This document shows, piece by piece, positions 1 through 11,238 of a DNA stretch of 64,000 nt. Positions within the stretch are counted from its first letter, which is position 1, and every line of letters starts with the position of its first letter. Position numbers and translations under genes: made by a program. Source of the stretch: Laetmonice hystrix (lineage: Eukaryota); contig OZ249441.1 in the NCBI GenBank assembly GCA_965235115.1, positions 15,934,001-15,998,000 on the forward strand, written 5' to 3'. The notes beneath the pieces are model-generated. The model was given only the letters and a program-made list of their open reading frames with translations, made no database searches and was not told the origin of the DNA.

Positions 1-1121
1 TAATCGTTCCTGACGGCCCTGCGTTGCTGTCTGGTTATCAGTTCCCCACCATTCTGATAGACGAAACACACATTATAAATAAATTACCAATCCCGCCAGT
101 ATCGGGTGTTTGGCCGAGCATGCTACACATTACCAACTGCCAAACGTTACACTTAATCAGAGTGAATATTTGAGACGGCCCCGACCGCTGGCAGACGATA
201 AAGTTACCGCTGCCCGCACCACCGACATCAAGGGGGACAGGTCTGGGGGGAGTCTAAAAGACCTTTTCTCAACACCTCACAGCCACCGATTTCCTGTCCT
301 AAAACAACATCTTCATGCGGGGTACTATTGATAAAACTTGGCGTGAAAATTCCTCAGTCTGGTATTGATTGCCGCAATATGAAATGAAGTCTTATTACAG
401 ATGACAACCTTATTGAACGTATATAGAATGTAAGTTTCCCTCTTTAGTTTATTTAGCCTACATATAAATCTTAGCGTAAAATTTAAAGGTTCACTCAAAC
501 TACGATGAGAATATTCTCATGCACTTACACACCATTTCGTAGAATGATGTTTCAATTGTAATACAGTACGTTTTAAAGTACCGGTAGATTAAGCACCAAA
601 TAGTATATGGATGCCTGGCTCATATTAATATGATGATATATCTGCCATAAATGCATTTGCCGATTGGGTACACGTGTGGTATTTCGTAATAGTAGTTGCC
701 TGCACCATTCTAATATCTGTACTTAGATTTGCATCAGTAGTGCCCACGCAACCATCTCAGCTGTAACCTTGGTTTCATTTTGACCTGTATAAACAAAGAC
801 AAAGAACCTGCCGTATAGAGTGGTATCAAAACACCAACAAATAGTTCACCAATCCTATCGTTTGACTCGTAACTGGTAATCTTATTTTCTACAGGCGAAC
901 TGTTATAACTGGCGATCCCTGATAGCCTGATGAGCGTACCCACGGCTACCTTACTACCAGTACCTGACAGGTAAAACTGACAGCTTGTGGAGTAAACAAC
1001 ATTGATTTCGCATTAACCTTAATCATTATTAAAGGATTTGCCAGGATATAACGCCCACTCGACAGGGCAAGTCGAGGAGTTGCGACCACCCTACCCGTAA
1101 TGAACAATTAGTGATGGTACC

Positions 1122-2868
1122 GCTTCACCTCGGGGGAGGGGCTTGCCCTCACTGACAGGGGTAGGTGAGGACGACGACTGGGCTTCACCTCGGGGGAGGG
1201 GCTTGCCCTCACTGACAGGGGTAGGTGAGGACGACTCTGACTGGGCTTCACCTCGGTAGGTGAGGACGGCTCTGACTGGGCTTCACCTCGGGGGAGGGGC
1301 TTGCCCTCACTGACAGGGGTAGGTGAGGGCGACTCCGACTGGGCTTCACCTCGGTAGGTGAGGACGGCTCTGACTGGGCTTCACCTCGGGGGAGGGGCTT
1401 GCCCTCACTGACAGGGGTAGGGTGAGGACGACTCCAACTGGGCTTCACCTCGGGGGAGGGGCTTGCCCTCACTGACAGGGGTAGGTGAGGACGACTCCAA
1501 CTGGGCTTCACCTCGGGGGAGGGGCTTGCCCTCACTGACAGGGGTAGGTGAGGACGACTCCAACTGGGCTTCACCTCGGGGGAGGGGCTTGCCCTCACTG
1601 ACAGGGGTAGGTGAGGACGACTCCAACTGGGCTTCACCTCGGGGGGGGGGCTTGCCCTCACTGACAGGGGTAGGGTGAGGACGACTCCGACTGGGCTTCA
1701 CCTCGGGGGAGGGGCTTGCCCTCACTGACAGGGGTAGGGTGATGACGACTCCGACTGAGCTTCACCTCGGGGGAGGGGCTTGCCCTCACTGACAGGGGTA
1801 GGGTGAGGACGACTCCAACTGGGCTTCACCTCGGGGGAGGGGCTTGCCCTCACTGACAGGGGTAGGTGAGGACGACTCCAACTGGGCTTCACCTCGGGGG
1901 AGGGGCTTGCCCTCACTGACAGGGGTAGGTGAGGACGACTCCGACTGGGCTTCACCTCGGTAGGTGAGGACGACTCCGACTGGGCTTCACCTCGGGGGAG
2001 GGGCTTGCCCTCACTGACAGGGGTAGGTGAGGACGACTCCGACTGGGCTTCACCTCGGGGGAGGGGCTTGCCCTCACTGACAGGGGTAGGTGAGGACGAC
2101 TCCGACTGGGCTTCACCTCGGGGGGGGGGGCTTGCCCTCACTGACAGGGGTAGGTGAGGACGACTCTGACTGGGCTTCACCTCGGGGGAGGGGCTTGCCC
2201 TCACTGACAGGGGTAGGTGAGGACGACTCCGACTGGGCTTCACCTCGGGGGAGGGGCTTGCCCTCACTGACAGGGGTAGGTGAGGACGACTCCGACTGGG
2301 CTTCACCTCGGGGGAGGGGCTTGCCCTCACTGACAGGGGTAGGGTTAGGGCGACTCCGACTGGGCTTCACCTCGGGGGAGGGGCTTGCCCTCACTGACAG
2401 GGGTAGGTGAGGACGACTCCAACTGGGCTTCACCTCGGGGGAGGGGCTTGCCCTCACTGACAGGGGTAGGTGAGGACGACTCTGACTGGGCTTCACCTCG
2501 GGGGAGGGGCTTGCCCTCACTGACAGGGGTAGGGTTAGGGCGACTCCGACTGGGCTTCACCTCGGGGGAGGGGCTTGCCCTCACTGACAGGGGTAGGTGA
2601 GGACGACTCCGACTGGGCTTCACCTCGGGGGAGGGGTTTGCCCTCACTGACAGGGGTAGGTGAGGACGACTCTGACTGGGCTTCACCTCGGGGGAGGGGC
2701 TTGCCCTCACTGACAGGGGTAGGTGAGGACGACTCCGACTGGGCTTCACCTCGGGGGAGGGGTTTGCCCTCACTGACAGGGGTAGGTGAGGACGACTCCG
2801 ACTGGGCTTCACCTCGGGGGAGGGGCTTGCCCTCACTGACAGGGGTAGGGTTAGGGCGACTCCGACTG
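1122..2868. repeat. 63-bp GC-rich minisatellite, about 28 units, with several 35-bp deletion units
   Basis: Unit ggcttcacctcgggggaggggcttgccctcactgacaggggtaggtgaggacgactccgactg, period 63 (2041 to 2104). Accounts for all the ORFs between 1248 and 2943. Confidence 0.97.
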
Positions 2869-3581
2869 TCTGCGTGCGTGTCGGCTGGCCAAGTTCTGGC
2901 TCTGTTTTACGTAGCTGTGCGGTCCAAATCATATCCTAATTAAATTCCATAGCCCCCCCCCCTCCACTTGTATGACAACCGGTCTAAGATTCCACGGACG
3001 ATCTCTACAGGGATGATCTCTACAGAGTGTTGCAAAAAGATGGACACTAAATGACAGAATCCGCAGACTCCAAACAGCAGTTTATGAGTGTACCTAGGTC
3101 ACATCCATTCTAATCTGCCACACTATATCTTCTTCATCCAATATTTATTGACGTTTTATATCCTAGCTCACGTCTGTGTCAGAGACTAATGTGATTTATT
3201 GACAAAATATATTACTTATTGATCTAATAATGCAGAGAGAAAAGAAACCCAGACACATTCAATATTGGTGGAGTGCAAATCACTCATTCATGAAATCAAA
3301 TTCACTCAGAAATATGATCATCTCTCACATTCGATATTCTCATGTTGTAAGGACCGATGTAACTTTTCTTCCACATCTCAATTCTTTACATGAAACAATT
3401 CGTTTCTTGTCCGATGTAATTTTATAATGACCAAATTATCATTTATGATTGCATTTAAGGTCGTATTTCCTGAAACAGCTAATGGACATGGACAGCTGTA
3501 CCCCTCAGTGTGTCAACCAAATGATTACTTTATTGTTGACGTTGATATTGCATTATCTTACGTTTGCAAAAGTTATCTTAC

Positions 3582-3746
3582 CTTTTGATCATCAGGACTC
3601 CATATCCCACATGTAATGGTGCAGCCATCCAAATTGAGCATTGAGGACCAGTAGCGTTGGCCAGCCACTGACCCCACCAACACAAAGCCATCCCGATAAC
3701 ATATGAGTGCCATGCGACCATCGTGAGACCAGGCAAAGTCAGTCAC
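3582..3746 (-). CDS. TULP4: TULP4/Tusp coding exon (165 bp, 55 aa: VTDFAWSHDGRMALICYRDGFVLVGSVAGQRYWSSMLNLDGCTITCGIWSPDDQK)
   Basis: Matches the next TULP4 segment (F.WSHDG..ALI.Y.DGFVLVGSV.GQR.WSS..NL...ITCGIW.PDDQ). Acceptor ttgttttgtttacag|GTG, donor AAG|gtaaga. In frame with the 4972-5100 exon. Confidence 0.93.
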
Positions 3747-4600
3747 CTGTAAACAAAACAAGCCATCCCAGTAACACATCGTGAGACCAGGCAAAGTCAG
3801 TCACCTGTAAACAAAACAAGCCATCCCAGTAACACATCGTGAGACCAGGCAAAGTCAGTCACCTGTCAACAAAACAAGCCATCCCAGTAATACATCGTGA
3901 GACCAGGCAAATTCAGTCACCTGTAAACAAAACAAGCCAGCCCAGTAACACATCGTGAGACCAGGCAAAGTCAGTCACCTGTCAACAAAACAAGCCATCC
4001 CAGTAACACATCGTGAGACCAGGCAAAGTCAGTCACCTGTAAACAAAACAAGCCATCCCAGTAACACATCGTGAGACCAGGCAAAGTCAGTCACCTGTCA
4101 ACAAAACAAGCCATCCCAGTGACACATCGTGAGACCAGGCAAAGTCAGTCACCTGTCAACAAAACAAGCCAGCCCAGTAAAGTCAGTCACCTGTCAACAA
4201 AACAAGCCATCCCAGTAACACATCGTGAGACCAGGCAAAGTCAGTCACCTGTCAACAAAACAAGCCATCCCAGTAACACATTGGTTCCATATTCATCGTG
4301 AGACCAGGCAAATCAGTCACCGGTCCAGTAAACAAAACAATCCATCCCAATACATTGGTGCCATATTCATTGTGAGACCAGGCCAAAAAAGTAGTGCCAT
4401 GCGACCATTGTGGGACCCGGGAAAGTCAGCCACCTGTACCCAAAACAAGCCATCCCAGTAACACATTGGTGCCATATTCATTGTGAGACCAGAAAAGTCA
4501 GTCACCTGTGACCAACACAAAGCCAACCCGGTAAAAGAATTAGTGCCATGCGACCATTGTGGGACCTGGGAAAGTCAGCCACCTGTAATCAAAACAGAGC
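3719..4600. repeat. 58-bp minisatellite derived from the TULP4 intron/exon acceptor junction (homogeneous 3719-4280, diverged longer copies to about 4600)
   Basis: Sense-strand unit is gtgactgactttgcctggtctcacgat + gtgttactgggatggcttgttttgtttacag. Period 58 (3721, 3779, 3837...). The first unit overlaps the real exon start. Confidence 0.95.
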
Positions 4601-4971
4601 CATCCTTCGGGTCATTTGGACCCAACCATCATGGCACCGAGGCAGGTATTTTGTTAAAGGGGCGCGTCCAATAACGTTTTGGAATCATACTTGTGATTAT
4701 ATAAAATGTTGGCATTTGAATTTTAGAATTTCGTCCAACAGGATATTGCTCATGGATTGTCGATTATATTCGCGAAACCTTTATTGTGATTACCTTTTAC
4801 AGACCAGTTTATGGAAAGAAATTTACTTGATGCATTACTTACCTATTCCATGCTAAATTGGATAACTTATCGTGAACAATATCTGAGTAGTCATAAACGT
4901 GGTTTGTTGAAACGCTGCGAGGGTCTGGAGATTATGAGATGACCCCACAAAAAGATGGGTTGTAGCCGTAC

Positions 4972-5100
4972 CTGACTGTTCCTATCATTGATGAGCTCGA
5001 TGGACCAGCGTCCCTCGTGTTTGATCCACACAAAGATTACTCCCGTCACGTCACATGTCGCCAACTTCTGGTACGGCTCATTCCACTTGACCAGCGCCAC
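4972..5100 (-). CDS. TULP4: TULP4/Tusp coding exon (129 bp, 43 aa: VALVKWNEPYQKLATCDVTGVIFVWIKHEGRWSIELINDRNSQ)
   Basis: Translation closely matches the TULP4/Tusp segment I recall as V.LV[KR]WNEPYQKLA[TS]CD..G.IFVWI..EGRWS[IV]EL[IV]NDR. Acceptor ttttctgtcagcag|GTG at 5100/5101, donor CAG|gtacgg at 4972/4971. Phase 0, length divisible by 3. Confidence 0.93.
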
Positions 5101-5182
5101 CTGCTGACAGAAAAATAAACCACATTTACTTTTCAACTCACTAGTGTGACCTTTAACCTCCGGCTTATACAGGCGGCTTCAG

Positions 5183-5326
5183 CAGGGTTTCCTGGAGATT
5201 TTCGACTTTTTTTTGGGGGGGGGGGAAGGTGCGAGTTTGGGGGGGGGGGAGTAATGCAAAATTGGGGGGAGTAGCTGAATAATGGGGGGGGGGGTCTCCC
5301 CCAAAAAGGGCCTGCAGGAAACCCTG
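5183..5326. mobile_element. Small MITE, hAT-like termini, 5-bp TSD
   Basis: TIR cagggtttcctg / caggaaaccctg, flanked on both sides by ttcag (5178-5182 and 5327-5331). Interior rich in G runs. Confidence 0.75.
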
Positions 5327-5494
5327 TTCAGTATAACTTAACGTCCTGATATAAGGGAATATTAAGGCTTGAATTGAGAGCTTTATCTGGCATGAAATTA
5401 TTGCGTTTATTGAACTTTATGTAATCCGTTTTCAGTGGGGATACATTACGTATCGGTAAGCTCATCTTACTCAGTGTTGTACCCCGTCATGATA

Positions 5495-6378
5495 CACCGA
5501 CATTACCATTGAGCTGACACACATGATAGTACGATAACTGTAACTCGACACTGGACATTACCATTGAGCTGACACACATGATAGTACGATAACTGTAACT
5601 CGACACTGGACATTACCATTGAGCTGACACACATGATAGTACGATAACTGTAACTCGACACTGGACCTTACCATTGAGCTGACACACATGATAGTATGAT
5701 AACTGTAACTCGACACTGGACATTACCATTGAGCTGACACACATGATAGTATGATAACTGTAACTCGACACTGGACCTTACCATTGAGCTGACACACATG
5801 ATAGTACGATAACTGTAACTCGACACTGGACATTACCATTGAGCTGACACACATGATAGTACGATAACTGTAACTCGACACTGGACCTTACCATTGAGCT
5901 GACACACATGATAGTATGATAACTGTAACTCGACACTGGACATTACCATTGAGCTGACACACATGATAGTACGATAACTGTAACTCGACACTGGACATTA
6001 CCATTGAGCTGACACACATGATAGTACGATAACTGTAACTCGACACTGGACATTACCATTGAGCTGACATACATGATAGTACGATAACTGTAACTCGACA
6101 CTGGACATTACCATTGAGCTGACACACATGATAGTACGATAACTGTAACTCGACACTGGACATTACCATTGAGCTGACACACATGATAGTACGATAACTG
6201 TAACTCGACACTGGACATTACCATTGAGCTGACATACATGATAGTACGATAACTGTAACTCGACACTGGACATTACCATTGACCTGACACACATGATAAG
6301 ACGATAACTGTAACTCGACACTGGACATTACCATTGAGCTGACACACATGATAAGACGATAACTGTAACTCGACACTG
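5495..6378. repeat. 55-bp minisatellite, about 16 units
   Basis: Unit gacattaccattgagctgacacacatgatagtacgataactgtaactcgacactg, period 55. Confidence 0.96.
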
Positions 6379-9300
6379 ACTGCCTTCCATAATATTTCTA
6401 ATTATGATCCTTTGATGATCTCCTTTGCAGAGCCACAAACAATATCTGCATCAGTTGCACTAAAGGCCGTTATAGGATCAACTCCACTCTCGGCGTGTGA
6501 TGAAAGCCGGCTGGCATGCTTTCATCGCCCCCAGTCCCGCCAAGATCAATAGATACATATTTACGTCAAGCGATTCTCTCCGACGGTGCCATGAAAGGTC
6601 CTAACCCGACTGGCCAGATGGTCAAGGCCCTCATCAAACAAACTGAGATCACGCAAACGTTAGATTGGTATCCGGGCCTGCAACTGTTGCCTGGCTCTCC
6701 CAACTAATGATAGTTTATACATCAGGCCCCAGTGACCAAGCGGCGATATATTCTGATTGTAACCGGTTATTGAACCTAATACATCCAGCACACACCAACG
6801 GCGGCTCACAGAAACAAATGTAGCACGAATGGACTCACTCTACATGAACTGAGTATCGCCTGTTTGATCCTGACCGTTCGCTGATACACAGCAATACATC
6901 ACAGCCTCAACGTTAACAGTCCTCACATCACACTACCAGACATTGAGTTATTACTTGAGAACTTAAGCCACTTCGGCAATGACTTGACCATAAAGATATC
7001 CCTGCTTTGTAAATGGTGATGTAGTTCTGACAGGGCAATGTATCTTACCTCTAACTTTAAATGAATGATACAGAAAAGTTCGGATGGCAAAGTTAGAATG
7101 TAGTGGTAACTCTAATATTCCTGTCTCCATGGATCTAAGTGGACTGCAATGGTTCCCAGCCGGGGAGAATAAGTTTGGTGGCGAGGAGTGTGAAGGTTTT
7201 AATCCTGTTTTTTTTATCTGGGGTTCACGTCACAGAACATGATCCTACACGGCGAATAATGTTAATTTATATTTTATATATTTGGTAGTAATACAAAGAA
7301 TTTAAAGGACGATAATAGATATAGAAAATCTACGCCCTCTGGCCGTATGAGTGCCACATCCAGGTCCTTTTCGACCCCAGGCCATGATCGGAGTTGTTCG
7401 TTCTCCCGGAGACACCTCAGTGAAATCGCCCGGAGCGAGGAAGCCAAGGACGAGCAGGAGTAAAGGAGGCGTTGACTAATTACCCCGGTACAGTCCACTG
7501 GGCCCCATCTGTCTGGACCATCTAAATAGAGCTTTCACAGGTCTGTCTCCACCCAAACCCGCTCACTCCACCCGGTAAATGTAAAAGTTCATTAGACCTT
7601 TCCCAGACTAATGAGACCTTAGAAGTGAGCAGAGCTGTGTGCCACCAGAGCATGCGCTCACTTGGCGGCAGTACCATTCACCATTGACGAAGCAAGCATC
7701 CTTAAATGTTACCCTTGCAAGGCTGGGTCATGGTTCAATCCTCAATGAAGGTACGCCTTCTGCTATCAGCACTGTGGAGGAGAAACACACGCTAGGGGGC
7801 GCTGATTAGTTCACTGTTAAATCTGACCAATCAGACATTACTTATCTCCAGGGTCAAAACCATGGACGGAACATGTTCTGAACACTCACACAGGATACAC
7901 AATGGATAAAACTGCGGGGCCCGCGGGAAGTCCGCAGTATCCATCCAGGCAGGGTGGCCTTGAGATTTTTGACACATACCACACTCCCATTATAAAATTA
8001 AAAAGATGAAATCTCTCCACCCACAGACAGCCACATATACCACAGACGCCAACATGACTACCCAGACATCCTATACCAGACAGATTCATGGGAATCTGGT
8101 ATTTAACAAGGACAACTAACAGTGACAGCACCTAACGTTGGCAACATCTATCACTGTGACTATCCAACGTTAACTACGAGATATCCACCCAACCTCCAAC
8201 TTAACCCATCTCCAAATCCTTCTCTCTATACCACTTGCCGTCAGGAAATTTATACATAACTTCTAGCCTGCCTCTCTTCAGATAGATTACTTCCGCATTT
8301 GAAGGGATTTGCATGTCGTTTAGTCCTGTAAGTGTGGGGGCACCAATGAATGTATTAGGCTGCGGTGGTGGTGCATCACTGTGTGTCAATATCGACTCTA
8401 TGTCCGTGCAATAGGGCCGCCTTCCTGCTTGCTGTGCCGGGACTGACATATCAGGCACAGGCTCGTGGTACTTGATGAGATTATGTCACGTGTGCCTGGC
8501 ATTTATCAACGTGAAGGGCGTGAAACGGTAGCGGCAGTATACTGGTGACGAATGTCGTGTCACCGTGACATCGAAATATCGTCTGTCAGTGTGTGCGTGC
8601 ATGCACTCTCTGTCCGTAACTTACACATGGAGGGCAACAAACAATGCCCTTCTTAGTTTTATAACCATGCTCATATTAATATATGAATTAAAGTCTGGAT
8701 TCATGGTGTTACCATTTATATTAAGTGCGTCACAAATCAAAGTCTGCTTCATGATTTGGTTACTTATTGACTCAACGATTTACCGAGTAGGACTGGCTAT
8801 TTCATAATCCCACGGAATTAAAAGAAATTCAAGTTCCAGGATTTCGACCTGTTACAACGTTTCTAGTTTTCTTCTAACGGTATATGTACCAAGCTAGTGC
8901 CTGAAAATCTCCCGTCATAGGACGAAATGCGCTAGCATTTATTAACTAATGATATATTAAGTGAGTCAGGTTTAATCAAGCCTTGATATTATAGGGTGAG
9001 GTGTTCTACAGATGTCTGCGATATAGGAGTTCTCTATAAAACCACTGATATTTAAAGCTCCACGACCACAATGCCGCTTTTGACCCTCTCGCATTCCCAT
9101 AGTCATCTTTAATAATGGTACAATTGCAGTTGGAAATGTCACAATACAAAATATGAGACAAAACGTCGAAATTCAGCTTAAAGTAGTTGCTGATATAGTA
9201 TAACAACATAAATATGTTCAATTAATTGGGTAATTCTATATTGTTCAGAGATTACGATCCAATCTTCAGCAACAGTCAGTGAACATAAATAGGTTCAATA

Positions 9301-10764
9301 CTGGCCTGGGCGCTCTTGCTTTGAAACCAATACAGAATTTGGAAAACCCTGCATTTTCCTGGACTTTTCGACAATTTGTTTATTACCTGTGGCAAACAAC
9401 ATCCCAAACTACGCAGTTAAACGAAGTGGATCTATTCCAGCAGACTTTCCAAACCACCCCCGTTCCATGATTCGCGGTTTCTGCAAGCATGCTGACATTT
9501 GATTATCGTCTGCTATAGCTATGTGACCTCTGAAAAACGACTGGTGGCAGAATGCTGTCATGACGTAGGCCTACTGGTGACGGACTGCTGTTGATGGACA
9601 CTGCACAGGAATTGTACTAGTATAGGTCGTAGAACGGCGATCAGGTGGAATTACCACCACTAACTCCTAAAGTCCACTCTCAGCCGCTCACCATACACGT
9701 TGGCCACCATTAACAACCGGCTGGAACCGGCCTACCAACCACAACATCTTCCGGCTAACAAAATGTCACCGTCCACAAATCCCACTCTCATAGACTACTC
9801 GTCCACAACCCACATCCTTGCTTAACTACCATGGCAACCCGGCCATCCCATTATCTGTGTCAGTGGTAGAGGGCTGGGGTCAGTGAGGACACTTGGTGGT
9901 GAGGGGTGGGGGTCGTCCAGGAGGCAGGCCAGCGCCGCCTGGAGTCGGCTGCTAGACTCACATGCCACAGTACAGCAGGTCCTTATCAGGCCGACATACA
10001 CAAAGAAAAATAGGTCATCCAATTAGACCAGATTTGTTATTGGGATGTGCCGCCATTCATCCTTCAGATAAATCTCCATTTCGTCTTGTAGACATCCGTT
10101 GTCTTTTTAAATCTAAATAGATTTTTGGTAAAGGTTACAGCTTCCTGATTTTCACCAGGATATATCACCAGAAAGGTTTAAGCCAAAAAGTAAAAAATCG
10201 TGTCTGACATCATGGTTAACCGGCAATTTATAGTCCAACTAGTTATAACATCAGTCAGTACATGATCGGAAGACGTGCAGCTTTCAAACACATTCTCCCC
10301 AATGATACCACATTATTACCAACTGCAATTTCCGCTGCTAGGATAATTTTAGTTGGCCTACAATATGGTAATCCCGTTAGTTTGCAAGGATAAACTGCAA
10401 CTGCGCTTGACAATGACGTGAATGTCGAAATGTGGGCACCTTGGTTTGAGTACACGAGACTATGACCACCTGCTAACATGTTTTATCGCAAATCAATAGT
10501 AGCAAGTCTCAGATTGCTCTGGTATCAACCAAACATATTTCACAAATAATTAATGTAAATTGAAGTCCGTATAACAGAGCGACAGAGACTAATCTATTAA
10601 TACAGGTACATATGAGACGGTCATTTCACCTGAATGTCAGTTCTATGACGGAAAACAACTGCAGTATGGACACCTAACAATACTGGCTAAATACATCAAC
10701 ATAGGAAAACTATATTATATGAGTGAGCCACAGTTAAATTAAAGGGACTAAATTCTGAAACTTT

Positions 10765-11238
10765 CAGCCTGCCTGCCTACCTGCCTGCCTGCCAGTGCCT
10801 GCCTGCCAGTGCCTGCCAGTGCCTGCCAGTGCCTGCCAGTGCCTGCCAGTGCCTGCCAGTGCCTGCCTGCCTACCTGGCGGTGCCTGCCTGCCTGCCAGT
10901 GCCTGCCTGCCAGTGCCTGCCTGCCTGCCAGTGCCTGCCTGTCTGCCTGCCAGTGCCTGCCTGCCTGCCAGTGCCTGCCTTCATGCCTGCCTGCCTGCCA
11001 GTGCCTGCCAGTGCCTGCCTGCCCCTCTGCCTGCCTGCCTGCCAGTGCCTGCCTGCCCGCCAGTGCCTGCCTGCCTGCCTGCCAGTGCCTGCCAGTACCT
11101 GCCTGTCTGCCTGCCAGTTCCTGCCTGCCTGCCAGTGCCTGCCTGCCAGTGCCTGCCTGCCAGTGCCTGCCTGCCTGCCAGTGCCTGCCTGCCAGTGCCT
11201 GCCTGCCAGTGCCTGCCAGCCAGTGCCTGCCTGCCTTC
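10765..11238. repeat. Complex (TGCC)n / CAGTGCCTGC microsatellite
   Basis: Low-complexity tgcc/cagtgcctgc tract. Accounts for the ACQCLP and GRQA ORFs. Confidence 0.95.

Noticed and set aside
734-943. Minus-strand ORF as the next TULP4 exon
   Set aside because: It does not match the expected V[LY]FGT..GQVIVMD sequence, and the phase-0 reading after the nearby AG hits a stop.
2341-2870. GGGTTAGGG variants in the 63-mer, and ctaaccc motifs near 13600, as interstitial telomere
   Set aside because: Only isolated TTAGGG hexamers are present, not tandem telomeric tracts.
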